From Gammaproteobacteria bacterium (GTDB lineage: Bacteria; Pseudomonadota; Gammaproteobacteria; UBA4575), in the NCBI GenBank assembly GCA_965215055.1, contig OZ244046.1:1391202-1455201 (forward strand): a stretch of DNA of 64,000 bases, read 5' to 3'. Shown piece by piece: positions 19,486 through 29,497 of this stretch. The notes beneath the pieces are model-generated. The model was not told where the DNA came from, made no database searches, and saw nothing but the letters and a program-made list of their open reading frames with translations. A program made the translations under genes and the position numbers. Each line of letters opens with the position of its first letter. Within the stretch, counting starts at the first letter, position 1.

Positions 19486-20922
19486 ATGAAGCTTCCCCTG
19501 TTTTTTCTCTACAGTATATTTTTTCTGGCTTCTTGCTCGCTGACACCTGAATACCAGCGACCTTCTGTCGAACAATATTTAGGAAAAAAGTTTAGCCAAG
19601 CTCGCGTTGAACCTTCAGCAGAAGTGTTGAATACCGTTTCATGGTGGAAAGGATTCGACGACCCTATTATTAATAGCCTTGTTGAAACAGCATTAAAACA
19701 CAATCTCGATGTAAAAGTAGCAGCGGCAAATGTATTGGAGACTGAAGCTCTCGTGAGATCTGCAACTGGAAATCGTTGGCCGGAAGTAAGCGCACAGGCC
19801 TCAGGTGAGCGCAGTTTTACAGGCAATGACTTGAAAGCGGGTCCGGAAAGACTGTATACGACAACATATCTGTTGGGTGCTTCTGTTTCTTGGCAGACGG
19901 ATTTGTTCGGAAAGTTGCGCAGTGCTGAAAAAGCGTCAATAGCAGGTTGGCAGGCTTCACAAACTGATCGTGAGGCACTGATACATACCATTATTGCAAA
20001 TGTAATCCGTCAACGCGTGCAATTGGCGATTGCGATGCAACGTTTGGATGTTGCCAAAGATATTTTGAAAAGCCGTGAACATACACTGGATATCGTAAAT
20101 CGAAGATATCGTCACGGTGTTGCAACTACTTCTGCAGTCGACGTGCGTCTGGCACGAGAGAACGTGTATTCTGCACAAGCAAACATCGCGGCCCAGGAAC
20201 GGAATACTGTTCTTGCTCGACATGCCCTGGATATTTTACTTGGTAAAAAACCTGGAACCGTATTCTCGGCCCCTGGTGAATTAAAAGACCTTCCCGAATT
20301 GGACGATGCTGTGGCGGGTGTTCCCGCACAATTACTGGATCGGCGTCCTGATCTTCGCGCCGCAGAATTTCGTGTGATCGCCAGTAATGAACGTATAGGA
20401 GTTGCAATTGCAGATTTGTATCCTGATTTAACAATTACGGTTGGTGGTGGATGGCGAGGTGCGGAGATGTCGGAGTTGTTTTTGTCAGATACCTTGTCCG
20501 GAAGGTTGCTTGGTGAACTGACACAAACACTATTTTCTGGAGGTCGTTTACGGGCAGAAACTGATGCAGCAAGGGCACGTTTGCAAGCACAGGCAAGCAC
20601 TTATGCGAATGAAGTACTGCGAGCAATTCGAGAAGTAGAAGATGCACTTGTTAAAAATCGTAAATTAAAAGAGCAGCTGGAAAAGGTTAATGAGCAAGTG
20701 AGCGAAGCACGATTGGCTGAGGAACTGTCACGTGGTCGATATTCGAGGGGAGTAGAAAATTTACTAACAGTATTGGAAACTGAGCGTCGAAGACAAAATG
20801 CAGAGGACTCTCTATTACAAGTTGAATTAGATTATTGGAATGCGCGCATTGATTTGTATCTGGCACTAGGCGGTGACTGGTTGGAAAATGGATATGGGCG
20901 CATCGCTAATGCAATAAAATAA
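19486..20922 (+). CDS. RND efflux outer-membrane factor lipoprotein (NodT/TolC family)
   Basis: Lipobox FLASCSL. Two OEP repeats. Confidence 0.85.
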   Translation: MKLPLFFLYSIFFLASCSLTPEYQRPSVEQYLGKKFSQARVEPSAEVLNTVSWWKGFDDPIINSLVETALKHNLDVKVAAANVLETEALVRSATGNRWPEVSAQASGERSFTGNDLKAGPERLYTTTYLLGASVSWQTDLFGKLRSAEKASIAGWQASQTDREALIHTIIANVIRQRVQLAIAMQRLDVAKDILKSREHTLDIVNRRYRHGVATTSAVDVRLARENVYSAQANIAAQERNTVLARHALDILLGKKPGTVFSAPGELKDLPELDDAVAGVPAQLLDRRPDLRAAEFRVIASNERIGVAIADLYPDLTITVGGGWRGAEMSELFLSDTLSGRLLGELTQTLFSGGRLRAETDAARARLQAQASTYANEVLRAIREVEDALVKNRKLKEQLEKVNEQVSEARLAEELSRGRYSRGVENLLTVLETERRRQNAEDSLLQVELDYWNARIDLYLALGGDWLENGYGRIANAIK

Positions 20923-20934
20923 ACCTGCAGTCGT

Positions 20935-22095
20935 ATGAAAAAAATATCAAAAACTTATCGCTGGATAATCCAACCGATATTGGTAGTCGCTATTTTATTG
21001 GCGGGTTTTATTGGTGCAATGAACTTTTCGATGTTCGAGGATGAGCCACGCAAGTCGGAAAAAGTAAGTTATGCACCACTGGTTCGCGTAATAGAAACTG
21101 AGGTGAGTACTCAACAAATTGTCGTACATGGTAATGGAACCTTACAAGCGCGCACACGTATTAACATTGTCCCGCAAGTTGGTGGGCGCATTACTTATAT
21201 ACATCCCGAATTGCGTGCAGGTGGAAAATTCAAAGCCAGTGAAGTTTTGATAGAAATTGAGAGAATCGATTATGAGCTTGCTGTCACTCAAAATGAAGCC
21301 GAGGTTGCGGGTGCACACACGGCACTGGAGTTGGAAATAGCAAGGGCTGAAGCAGCCCGTGAGGAGTGGCAGGAAATCAACCCGGGCATGTCCATTCCAA
21401 CTCTTGTAGGACGTGAGCCACAAATTGCAGAAGCCAAGGCTGAACTGGAATCGGCGCAGGCACGGTTAACACAGGCCCGTTTGAATTTGGAACGCACTCG
21501 GATTCGCATGCCGTTTGCAGGTCGTGTAGTGGAGGCAATGATCGACGTGGGAGAGGTTATTTCCGCTAATCAACAAGTGGGGGTTGTATACGGTTCAGAA
21601 CGTTTTGAAATACCAATCCCACTTGAAATTGAAAAACTTGCCTGGATTGACGTGGCTCAAAAAGGAATTGCAGGCAGTACTGTCAAGGTTCATGTAAATA
21701 TTGGCACACAGGAACGTGAGCTGCATGGTGAAGTGACACGTATAGAAAGCGAGCTCCAGGAAATTTCACGATTCGCGCGCGTAGTCGTGACGTTACTGTC
21801 GCAAGATATCCCTGATGATCTCAATTCGAAAGTTATTCCTGGTTTATTTGTGGATGTGTCGATAATAAGCAAACAATTCGTAGAGGTAACAACACTACCA
21901 AGGGCCAGCTTACGACGAGGGGACGTACTGTGGACAATTGATAAAGGCCAATTACGGTTTATAGAACCGAATATTGTTTACAAATCGGAAAAAGAAATCG
22001 TTGTGCGTCATCTCAAACAAGGCACTCAGGTAGTAATGAACGATTTGGCAGTGGTTACTGAAGGGATGAATGTCCGGGTAGCCAGTGACACATAG
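20935..22095 (+). CDS. efflux RND periplasmic adaptor (HlyD/MFP family)
   Basis: N-terminal TM, coiled-coil and beta-barrel MFP regions. Operon position. Confidence 0.85.
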   Translation: MKKISKTYRWIIQPILVVAILLAGFIGAMNFSMFEDEPRKSEKVSYAPLVRVIETEVSTQQIVVHGNGTLQARTRINIVPQVGGRITYIHPELRAGGKFKASEVLIEIERIDYELAVTQNEAEVAGAHTALELEIARAEAAREEWQEINPGMSIPTLVGREPQIAEAKAELESAQARLTQARLNLERTRIRMPFAGRVVEAMIDVGEVISANQQVGVVYGSERFEIPIPLEIEKLAWIDVAQKGIAGSTVKVHVNIGTQERELHGEVTRIESELQEISRFARVVVTLLSQDIPDDLNSKVIPGLFVDVSIISKQFVEVTTLPRASLRRGDVLWTIDKGQLRFIEPNIVYKSEKEIVVRHLKQGTQVVMNDLAVVTEGMNVRVASDT

Positions 22096-22101
22096 TGGTA
22101 A

Positions 22102-25100
22102 ATGCAACAGGAAAAATATAAAGGTCTTTTTGCATGGTTTGTACATAACCATGTAGCTGCCAACTTGTTGATGATATCACTGCTTGTCAGTGGATTTGTT
22201 CTCGCGCTGACAATGAGGGTTGAAATTTTTCCAGAAATTGATCCACGTACAGTAACAGTTACCGTACCGTATCCCGGGTCAACGCCTGATGAAGTAGAAG
22301 AAAGTATTAATCGTCGTGTCGAGGAAGCAATTACAGGAATTGAAGGGATTAAAAAAATACGTTCAGTTGCTGCAGAAGGGGTGGGTACAGTAACTGCTGA
22401 ATTGGACGATCATGTTGATGACCGAGAGATACTGGACGATATAAAAACAGCAGTAGAGGCCATACAAGATTTTCCGCCCGAAGATGCAGAAGATGAAGAA
22501 ATTGTTGACACGTCTCCAAAACGATTCGTAATTACTATAGCCCTTTATGGCGATGTATCTGAGCGTGCTTTACGCGAATTAGCTTACCGTGTTCGTGATG
22601 ACTTGACTTCACAGCATGGAATTTCCATTGCAGACGTTACCGGTGTGCGAGATTACGAAATTGGCGTGGAAGTAAGCGAAGCTTCGTTACGTAAATTCAG
22701 CTTGACTTTCAATGAAGTTGCAGAAGCAATCAGGCAGTTTTCAATAAATTTACCTGGGGGCACTATTCGCTCCGAAGCAGGCGAAATTTTATTGAGGACT
22801 GACCACCAAGCCTATGATCAAAGTGATTTTGAAAAAATCGTGTTACGCACAAATTCAGATGGCACGGTCTTAAACCTGGATGATGTTGCTACCGTAAATG
22901 ATGGGTTTAAGGCTGTTGATGAGCTGAGTTTATTCAACGGCAGACCAGCGGCATTTGTGGATATTCTGCAAGTAGGCGATCAACAAGTTTTAGAAATCGA
23001 AGAAAAGGTTAAGAGTTATGTAAATGAACTTGTGTTGCCTGCAGGTGTTAATGCCACTACATGGTCTAATTATGCCGACCGCTTGCGTGGTCGCATAGAC
23101 TTACTGGTACGTAATGGGTTGATGGGGTTGATGCTGGTATTTGGTGTGCTGGTTTTGTTCTTGAATCTGAAGCTTGCGTTCTGGACCACGATGGGTATCC
23201 CGATCTCTTTTTTGGGCGCATTTGTTGTTATTGCGATATCAGGTGGAACTATAAACATGATTTCCCTGTTTGCGTTTATCGTTGTACTTGGCATTGTAGT
23301 GGATGATGCAATTATTGTCGGAGAAAGCATTTATTCAAAACGTGAGGAAGGTGTGCCACCGATACAGGCGGCCATAGATGGTCTGAAAGACGTGATGACG
23401 CCCGTTACGATCGGGATACTGACAACGGTGATTGCATTTGTGCCCATGTTTTTTACTTCAGGAAGAATAGGGCAAATCTTGGTGGCGATCCCCTTAGTGG
23501 TTATAAGCGTTTTATTAATATCGCTTGTGGAGGCTTTTTTTATTTTACCGGCACACCTGTCCAACGTAAAAACAAGTGGTATTGACGGTGCGATTCCATT
23601 ATTACAGGGAAAATTGCGCAATGGATTGCAGTTTCTTATTAACAGGGTGTATATGCCTACACTGAGTCGTGCACTGAAAGCGCCCTACATCGTCGTTGCA
23701 ATTGCATTGTCAATGCTGATGTTGACACTCGGCGCCATGAATGGTGGTCACTTGAAAACCGTATTTTTCCCGCCCATTGATGGCGATGAAATTGCAGCCA
23801 GACTTCGCATGCCCAACGGCACACCTGCAAGTGAGACTGAGGCGGCCATCCGCCATATGCTGGCCATGGCTGATAAAACACGTGCCGAATACGATAAAAA
23901 ATTACCACCGGAACTGGGCTCAATATTCAGAAATATATCTGCAAATGTCGGGTCTACACCTTTTTCAGGCCGTCGTGCCGGTGGAGGTAGATCTTCATCC
24001 AGAGGTTCGCATTTTGGCGAAATTAAAATTGAGTTATTAGCGGGAGAACTGAGGCCTTTCAGTGCCTCGGAGATCGAGTCACGGTGGCGTGAACTGATAG
24101 GTGAGATTCCAGGTGCCGAGTTGAACTTTTTCAGTAGTATTTTTGGAGCCGGCTCTGATATATATGTTGAACTGGCGCATGATAAATTTGACACTCTTTT
24201 GTTTCTATCTGAACGGGTAAAAGAAGTTATCAGTCAGTATGAAGGTGTAGTAGAAATAAAAGACAGCTTCAACGTTGGTAAGCCCGAATTGCAGTTAGAG
24301 TTGACCCAAGAGGGATTGGCCGCCGGCCTGACACTGAGCGATTTGGCACGACAGGTGCGCCAGGGATTCTATGGTGAAGAGGCACAGCGCGTCCAGCGTG
24401 GACGTGATGACATCAAAGTGCTAGTGCATTACTCGGAGCATGAACGCCGAGACCTAAGTAGCATTTATAATATGCGCGTACGACTTAATAATGGCAATGA
24501 AGTGCCATTACGTACAGTAGCAAAAGTCAGAGAAGCAAGAGGATTTTCAACTATCGAGCGTGCCAACCAACGCAGAATAGTTGATGTTACTGCAAAGGTG
24601 GAAGCCGACAAAGCTAATGCAAATGAGATCAATAAAAATTTAAGAGAAAATATCCTTCCGAAACTCAAGTCAGAATTTCCTGGTCTTTCCTATAGTTTTG
24701 AAGGGGCACAAAAAGCACGAAAAGACAGTTTTGGCAGTCTGTTACGTGCACTGGTGATTGCAGTTCTGGGGATATTTGTGTTACTTGCCGTACAGCTACG
24801 TAGTTACACCCAGCCGCTGATTATTATGTCGGTAATTCCTATCGGAATTATAGGTGCAGTCATAGGCCACGTCTTACTTGGTTTTCCAATTAGCTTCTTT
24901 TCCTTCTTTGGTATTGTTGCTTTAACCGGTGTGGTGATAAACGATTCACTAATACTGATGGATATGATTAATCGCTTGCGTAACCAGGGTGAAGAACTGG
25001 CTGATGCGATACTGAAGGCGGGTCAGCGAAGATTTCGTCCAATTATGTTTACAACACTAACGACCTGTGCTGGCTTGGCACCTATCATATTAGAAAAAAG

Positions 25101-25269
25101 TTTACAGGCACAGTTTCTTATACCAATGGCGATAAGTCTTGCTGCCGGCGTGGTGTTTGCAACAATGATAACTTTAGTCCTTGTTCCTTCGCTTTATGTA
25201 ATCAGGTATCAAAGTATGGAGCGTTTGCGCAATTTAAGTAAGTTGGTCGGCACGGTGACCAGCGCTTAA
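22102..25269 (+). CDS. RND efflux permease (AcrB/HAE family, 12 TM)
   Basis: 1055 aa with AcrB-like N-terminus and two large periplasmic loops. Confidence 0.9.
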   Translation: MQQEKYKGLFAWFVHNHVAANLLMISLLVSGFVLALTMRVEIFPEIDPRTVTVTVPYPGSTPDEVEESINRRVEEAITGIEGIKKIRSVAAEGVGTVTAELDDHVDDREILDDIKTAVEAIQDFPPEDAEDEEIVDTSPKRFVITIALYGDVSERALRELAYRVRDDLTSQHGISIADVTGVRDYEIGVEVSEASLRKFSLTFNEVAEAIRQFSINLPGGTIRSEAGEILLRTDHQAYDQSDFEKIVLRTNSDGTVLNLDDVATVNDGFKAVDELSLFNGRPAAFVDILQVGDQQVLEIEEKVKSYVNELVLPAGVNATTWSNYADRLRGRIDLLVRNGLMGLMLVFGVLVLFLNLKLAFWTTMGIPISFLGAFVVIAISGGTINMISLFAFIVVLGIVVDDAIIVGESIYSKREEGVPPIQAAIDGLKDVMTPVTIGILTTVIAFVPMFFTSGRIGQILVAIPLVVISVLLISLVEAFFILPAHLSNVKTSGIDGAIPLLQGKLRNGLQFLINRVYMPTLSRALKAPYIVVAIALSMLMLTLGAMNGGHLKTVFFPPIDGDEIAARLRMPNGTPASETEAAIRHMLAMADKTRAEYDKKLPPELGSIFRNISANVGSTPFSGRRAGGGRSSSRGSHFGEIKIELLAGELRPFSASEIESRWRELIGEIPGAELNFFSSIFGAGSDIYVELAHDKFDTLLFLSERVKEVISQYEGVVEIKDSFNVGKPELQLELTQEGLAAGLTLSDLARQVRQGFYGEEAQRVQRGRDDIKVLVHYSEHERRDLSSIYNMRVRLNNGNEVPLRTVAKVREARGFSTIERANQRRIVDVTAKVEADKANANEINKNLRENILPKLKSEFPGLSYSFEGAQKARKDSFGSLLRALVIAVLGIFVLLAVQLRSYTQPLIIMSVIPIGIIGAVIGHVLLGFPISFFSFFGIVALTGVVINDSLILMDMINRLRNQGEELADAILKAGQRRFRPIMFTTLTTCAGLAPIILEKSLQAQFLIPMAISLAAGVVFATMITLVLVPSLYVIRYQSMERLRNLSKLVGTVTSA

Positions 25270-25412
25270 AAAATAATAGACAAGAGTGAGGGACAGCCTG
25301 AAACTATCCATCAATTGAGGGAGCCTGGTATTGGACTGAAAGTAAGCGGGTTGGAGGTACTCTATCTCAGAATAATCCGATTCACCTTATTATTGTTGGT
25401 TACTTTCTTGGC

Positions 25413-26117
25413 TTAACCCGCTGCTGCATTCGTCACTGCGCTTTTCTCAGGGTTTCCAATTCTGTCAAAGAAGTAGGCGCTGAGTATTCCCAGCACAACC
25501 CAGAAGATTGCATTAGTGGCAAGAGACGCGTAATGAAAGTAAGTTCTCAACTCTTCAGATGCCAAACCCCCGTGAACTTCGGGTTGTGGTGCGCCAAACA
25601 GGTGCGGCAGTATTATTAACGCTGTACCAATTATACCAAACAACTTGAGATCCGGTTGAAAAGCGATAATCCATAGCCCTGCTGCCGTAGCAATGACAGT
25701 TATCAACCACCACACTTGCCGTATTTCCAATCCCGCAGCAGCGTCACCGGGAAGCTCTGGCGGCAGACCAAAAGAGGGTGCAAGGTGAAATGCAGCAAAG
25801 CCTGCAAGTCCCCACAATATACCTCTGCGCCAGGTAACGGCTCCTCGAAGGGCATAACATGCCGTCAACAACAGACCGAATCCGATGCTGATGATCACGC
25901 TATTCATTGCGGTGAAAAAAGTTCGCTCGGCACCATCTGCAGGCGCCCATGGTTCTTCATTTTGATGCGTGTCACCTTCGTCGCTATCTGTAACTTCGAA
26001 GGCCTCCGCTTCAATGATCGAGGGGACAATTATAAAGTGTTGCATGCCCGCAAGCAGCAGGCCGGCAATTCCTCCTGCCAGAAGTGCGGCAAGAAATACC
26101 CTGTTAAAAGCTTTCAA
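25413..26117 (-). CDS. cbtA: cobalt transporter subunit CbtA
   Basis: Multi-TM protein with acidic/His loop, CbtA-like. Follows cbtB. Confidence 0.7.
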   Translation of the reverse strand: MKAFNRVFLAALLAGGIAGLLLAGMQHFIIVPSIIEAEAFEVTDSDEGDTHQNEEPWAPADGAERTFFTAMNSVIISIGFGLLLTACYALRGAVTWRRGILWGLAGFAAFHLAPSFGLPPELPGDAAAGLEIRQVWWLITVIATAAGLWIIAFQPDLKLFGIIGTALIILPHLFGAPQPEVHGGLASEELRTYFHYASLATNAIFWVVLGILSAYFFDRIGNPEKSAVTNAAAG

Positions 26118-26139
26118 TTATATTTGAACCCGAGAGGGC

Positions 26140-26334
26140 CTAGTGACAGGGAAAAGCGAGCCCGTGTCGAATATCATGTGCTGCGTTGTGAAGAGCTTCT
26201 GGCCCGAAACCCACAGCGGCAATAATAAGCGCGCTTGTAAGAACTGCTGCCATGACGGCATATACTGTACCCCACGGCATAACTCCAGCTTGAATTTGAG
26301 CTAATAGACCTGTTGCTTCTTTAACTGTGCTCAT
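26140..26334 (-). CDS. cbtB: cobalt transporter subunit CbtB
   Basis: 64 aa, one TM, C-terminal His-rich HNAAHDIRHGLAFPCH typical of CbtB. Confidence 0.7.
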   Translation of the reverse strand: MSTVKEATGLLAQIQAGVMPWGTVYAVMAAVLTSALIIAAVGFGPEALHNAAHDIRHGLAFPCH

Positions 26335-26403
26335 TATCTACTTCTCCTTTGCAAATTTCGATTAATGGTATCGGAGTGAAGAGTGTTGGCAATACATTTG
26401 TCA

Positions 26404-26661
26404 GGCGACGACATGCGTTATGAACTCCTCATTTACTATACTTATGATTAGATACCGTCAAACAAACCGTTTCACAAGCCCAAGCTTACTGCATTTGAGA
26501 GTTTTTATCACTATTTGTTATGATGCATGCACTTGGTCTAATGAACAGCCTATCAAAAAGATAAGTTTGCAATCAAAGACTTTGTTATTATCAATCCCAT
26601 AGGAGTTGGCTATGGATCAACGAGGTATTCCCCCTGCAATACTTGATCGCTATTGCGGAAT
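26404..26661. repeat. copy A of a ~260-bp repeat: inverted duplicate of the lysR-scnB divergent promoter region
   Basis: Reverse complement matches 29434-29695 at >95% (e.g. atgaactcctc..tatgattagataccgtcaaacaaaccgtttcacaagccc...aatcccataggagttggctatggatcaacgagg). Confidence 0.85.
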
Positions 26662-26704
26662 TTGGTCTCGTATCTCGTTATGCCGCAGTTTTGCCGATAT
26701 AGGG

Positions 26705-27175
26705 TTAGAGCCCTAATTCCGTCAATCCGGGATGATCATCTGGACGCGGGCCTTGTTCCCACAGAAATTTCCGCTCAGACTCAAGAATAGGAACGTCGTT
26801 GATGCTGGCCTCACGCCGACGCATGAGTCCACGCTCATCAAATTCCCAGTTTTCATTGCCATGGGCACGGAACCAGTTACCCGAATCATCGCGCCACTCG
26901 TATTGAAAACGCACCGCGATGCGATCGTCATGGAACGTCCAGAGTTCTTTAATCAAGCGGTAGTCGAGTTCACGTACCCACTTGCGTTTAAGAAACGCGA
27001 CGATCTCCTCTCGCCCATGAAGAAATTCTGCACGATTACGCCAAAGACTGTCTTCAGTATAAGCAAGTGAAATTTTTTCCGGGTCACGTGAATTCCATGC
27101 ATTCTCTGCCATTCTGATTTTCTGTATGGCATCCTCTCGGGTAAACGGAGGCAGTGGCGGTCGTTCAGCAGACAT
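26705..27175 (-). CDS. DUF1348 family protein
   Basis: [52 protein letters not shown] matches the DUF1348 signature. Confidence 0.65.
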   Translation of the reverse strand: MSAERPPLPPFTREDAIQKIRMAENAWNSRDPEKISLAYTEDSLWRNRAEFLHGREEIVAFLKRKWVRELDYRLIKELWTFHDDRIAVRFQYEWRDDSGNWFRAHGNENWEFDERGLMRRREASINDVPILESERKFLWEQGPRPDDHPGLTELGL

Positions 27176-27270
27176 TGTTGTCCCCCCTTATTTGATGATT
27201 ACTACCAAGTGCAGTATACCGGACGGCATATTTCCGTAAAAGTTCAAATGTCTTCCCTTGTATCTGGACG

Positions 27271-27603
27271 TTGCTTGGTATTATTGACGAAGAAAGTGTG
27301 CCATATCCAAAAACACGGAGGCAGCAAGATGTGAAGCGGCAATTGAAGGACAAATTTGTTGATGCGATAACAAGCGGTAACAGGCCGATACGCATCTTCT
27401 TTTTCGGAGGGGTATTCATCGCGTATTTTATGATGACGATACTGGCTGATATTCTTGGCGTGAATATGGCGATAGGCAGGGATATCGATCTACCGAGTGC
27501 TGTAGTGATGATGGTTTCTTTGCTTATTGGTTTTGGTATCTCGTTCAGTGTTATACACTTTGCCGACGCTATCAAACGACAACGCGAGGAGGACGAACGC
27601 TAA
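27271..27603 (+). CDS. small membrane protein (2 TM), hypothetical
   Basis: Hydrophobic segments IRIFFFGGVFIAYFMMTILADILGV and VVMMVSLLIGFGISFSVI. Confidence 0.4.
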   Translation: MLGIIDEESVPYPKTRRQQDVKRQLKDKFVDAITSGNRPIRIFFFGGVFIAYFMMTILADILGVNMAIGRDIDLPSAVVMMVSLLIGFGISFSVIHFADAIKRQREEDER

Positions 27604-27615
27604 GGAATGAAGCTT

Positions 27616-27939
27616 TTACGCACCGGTATGCCAAACCAGGGCATAGTCTGATTTATCCACCTTGTTTCGATTGTCGGTGATGATGATCTCAGCTCCATGT
27701 AATTTAGTGGCTTGATTGATATTGCTGCTGAAAATCAATTTTCGAAACTGTTCATAGTCAATGTGGCTGAAAACGTCTTCCTGGCGTTGAAGGAAGGAAT
27801 GCAGGTCCGGCAAGGTAAAACGCCAACACCTCTGCTCAACGCTGAAACACCGCTCCTGTTGCAGCTTCTGCAGTTGGGCCTTGTTTCTCTGGGCTACTCG
27901 TTCAAAAAAAGAAATCAGTGCTTGTTCAATGGCCTGCAT
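27616..27939 (-). CDS. hypothetical protein downstream of cynS
   Basis: ORF from track, co-directional with cynS/lysR. Confidence 0.35.
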   Translation of the reverse strand: MQAIEQALISFFERVAQRNKAQLQKLQQERCFSVEQRCWRFTLPDLHSFLQRQEDVFSHIDYEQFRKLIFSSNINQATKLHGAEIIITDNRNKVDKSDYALVWHTGA

Positions 27940-28011
27940 TGAAAAAATCGTCTCGACGCGCGAGATAAAGTACCATCCAGAAAAGTGCTGCTAGCCAGGG
28001 CCGGCGGGCGA

Positions 28012-28452
28012 TCACCATGTAGCATAACGCAGGAATTTGCCGTTCAGGGTGATAACGACACGATCACCCTTTGGGTCCTCCTGTTTATCAATATCCATTG
28101 AAAAGTCAATGGCGCTCATAATTCCGTCACCAAACTTTTCATGGATGATTTCCTTGATAGTATCGCCATATACGCCGACAATTTCATATAGCCGATAGAC
28201 CACCGGGTCCTGCGGAACCGTCTTTTCCCATGATTTATGAGGATACTCTTGCAGTGCCGCACAGACTTCATCGTCGAGCTCAAGAATTTCACAAAGTCTT
28301 TTGGCCGCATCCGCAGGCATGCTATTCATTCCAAGGCATGCTGATGTGACCCATGTTGCACCCATATTCAACTTGTCTGCGATACCTTCCCAGGTTAATT
28401 TTCCAGCCTTCTTTTTCGCGATGATGAGATCAGTCATTTCCTGTTTAGTCAT
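28012..28452 (-). CDS. cynS: cyanate hydratase (cyanase)
   Basis: C-terminal [51 protein letters not shown] aligns with E. coli CynS ([51 protein letters not shown]). Confidence 0.9.
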   Translation of the reverse strand: [146 protein letters not shown]

Positions 28453-28489
28453 TATTGTGCCTCCTGTTGATATAGCGGTCTGTTTTGTT

Positions 28490-29497
28490 TCAAATTATTT
28501 TTTCCAAACTTGTAGTCCCAAGTTTTTGATCTTCTAACAGGGAACAAGGTTTCCGCCTGCGAATGAGTGCTTGCTGTAGCTTGTGAGTGGACCAATTTGA
28601 TGCCAGCCTTGAAAAGGCCAGACAAGCCGGACTCCTGTAACCATCTTTGCGGTAGACCAAAGTAATTGCTTTACAAGGCATTTCCGGGGTCAGTTCAATC
28701 GAGTGAAGTTGGCACTTCATTTGGATAATACTGCTTGGTAGCACGGTGGCAAGCGTGCCGAGCCGGACCATTTCTATGATTACACTAAGCGAGTTGGTTT
28801 CAACCGTAATATGCGGCATGATGCCTTGGTCAAGACAATACTGGTCTATATGGCGCCGCAATGCAAAATCAGTATTGAGTAGTGCTAACGACTCCTGTTC
28901 AAACTCCTGTACACCCATTTGCTTGTTCTGATATTTGGCATGAGGGTGGGCATTGCCGACTGCAATGTGGAGCATTTCTTCAAAAAGTATGTCCGTCTGG
29001 ACTTCTAGTGATCGCGTCTTGGCCGAAAACGGTTTGCTAAAAACAATACCGATGTCAACATGATCTTCGGCTACGGCTATTTCAATATCGTCTTGAGGCA
29101 TTTCCAATGTACTCAAACTGATGTTGGGATAGCTCGTATTAAAGTCTTCCAGCAATGGACAAGCCAAACAGTCAGTGATGGGAGTCCATCCCAGGCGAAG
29201 TGAGCCGCGACTCAGGTTTTGCACGTCGTGAATAGCGCGTGTCCCTGCCTCCAAGTCTCTACGGGCACAACGAGCATAGTGCAAATAAGCCTCGCCGGCA
29301 TCGGTCAATCGTACCGTACGTCCGGTTCGGTCCAGTAACGGTGTCTGCAACAGTTCTTCTAAATGTTTGATCTGCTGAGATAAGGTTGGCTGAGAAACGT
29401 GCAATGCTTTAGCGGCCCGGGTGTAGCTGCCGTATTCCGCAATAGCAATCAAGTATTGCAGGGCGCGGGGGAAAATACCTCGTTGATCCATAGTCAA
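28490..29497 (-). CDS. LysR-family transcriptional regulator (CynR-like position, divergent from scnBAC)
   Basis: N-terminal HTH LQYLIAIAEYGSYTRAAKALHVSQPTLSQQIKHLE. LysR substrate-binding domain. Confidence 0.9.
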   Translation of the reverse strand: MTMDQRGIFPRALQYLIAIAEYGSYTRAAKALHVSQPTLSQQIKHLEELLQTPLLDRTGRTVRLTDAGEAYLHYARCARRDLEAGTRAIHDVQNLSRGSLRLGWTPITDCLACPLLEDFNTSYPNISLSTLEMPQDDIEIAVAEDHVDIGIVFSKPFSAKTRSLEVQTDILFEEMLHIAVGNAHPHAKYQNKQMGVQEFEQESLALLNTDFALRRHIDQYCLDQGIMPHITVETNSLSVIIEMVRLGTLATVLPSSIIQMKCQLHSIELTPEMPCKAITLVYRKDGYRSPACLAFSRLASNWSTHKLQQALIRRRKPCSLLEDQKLGTTSLEKII

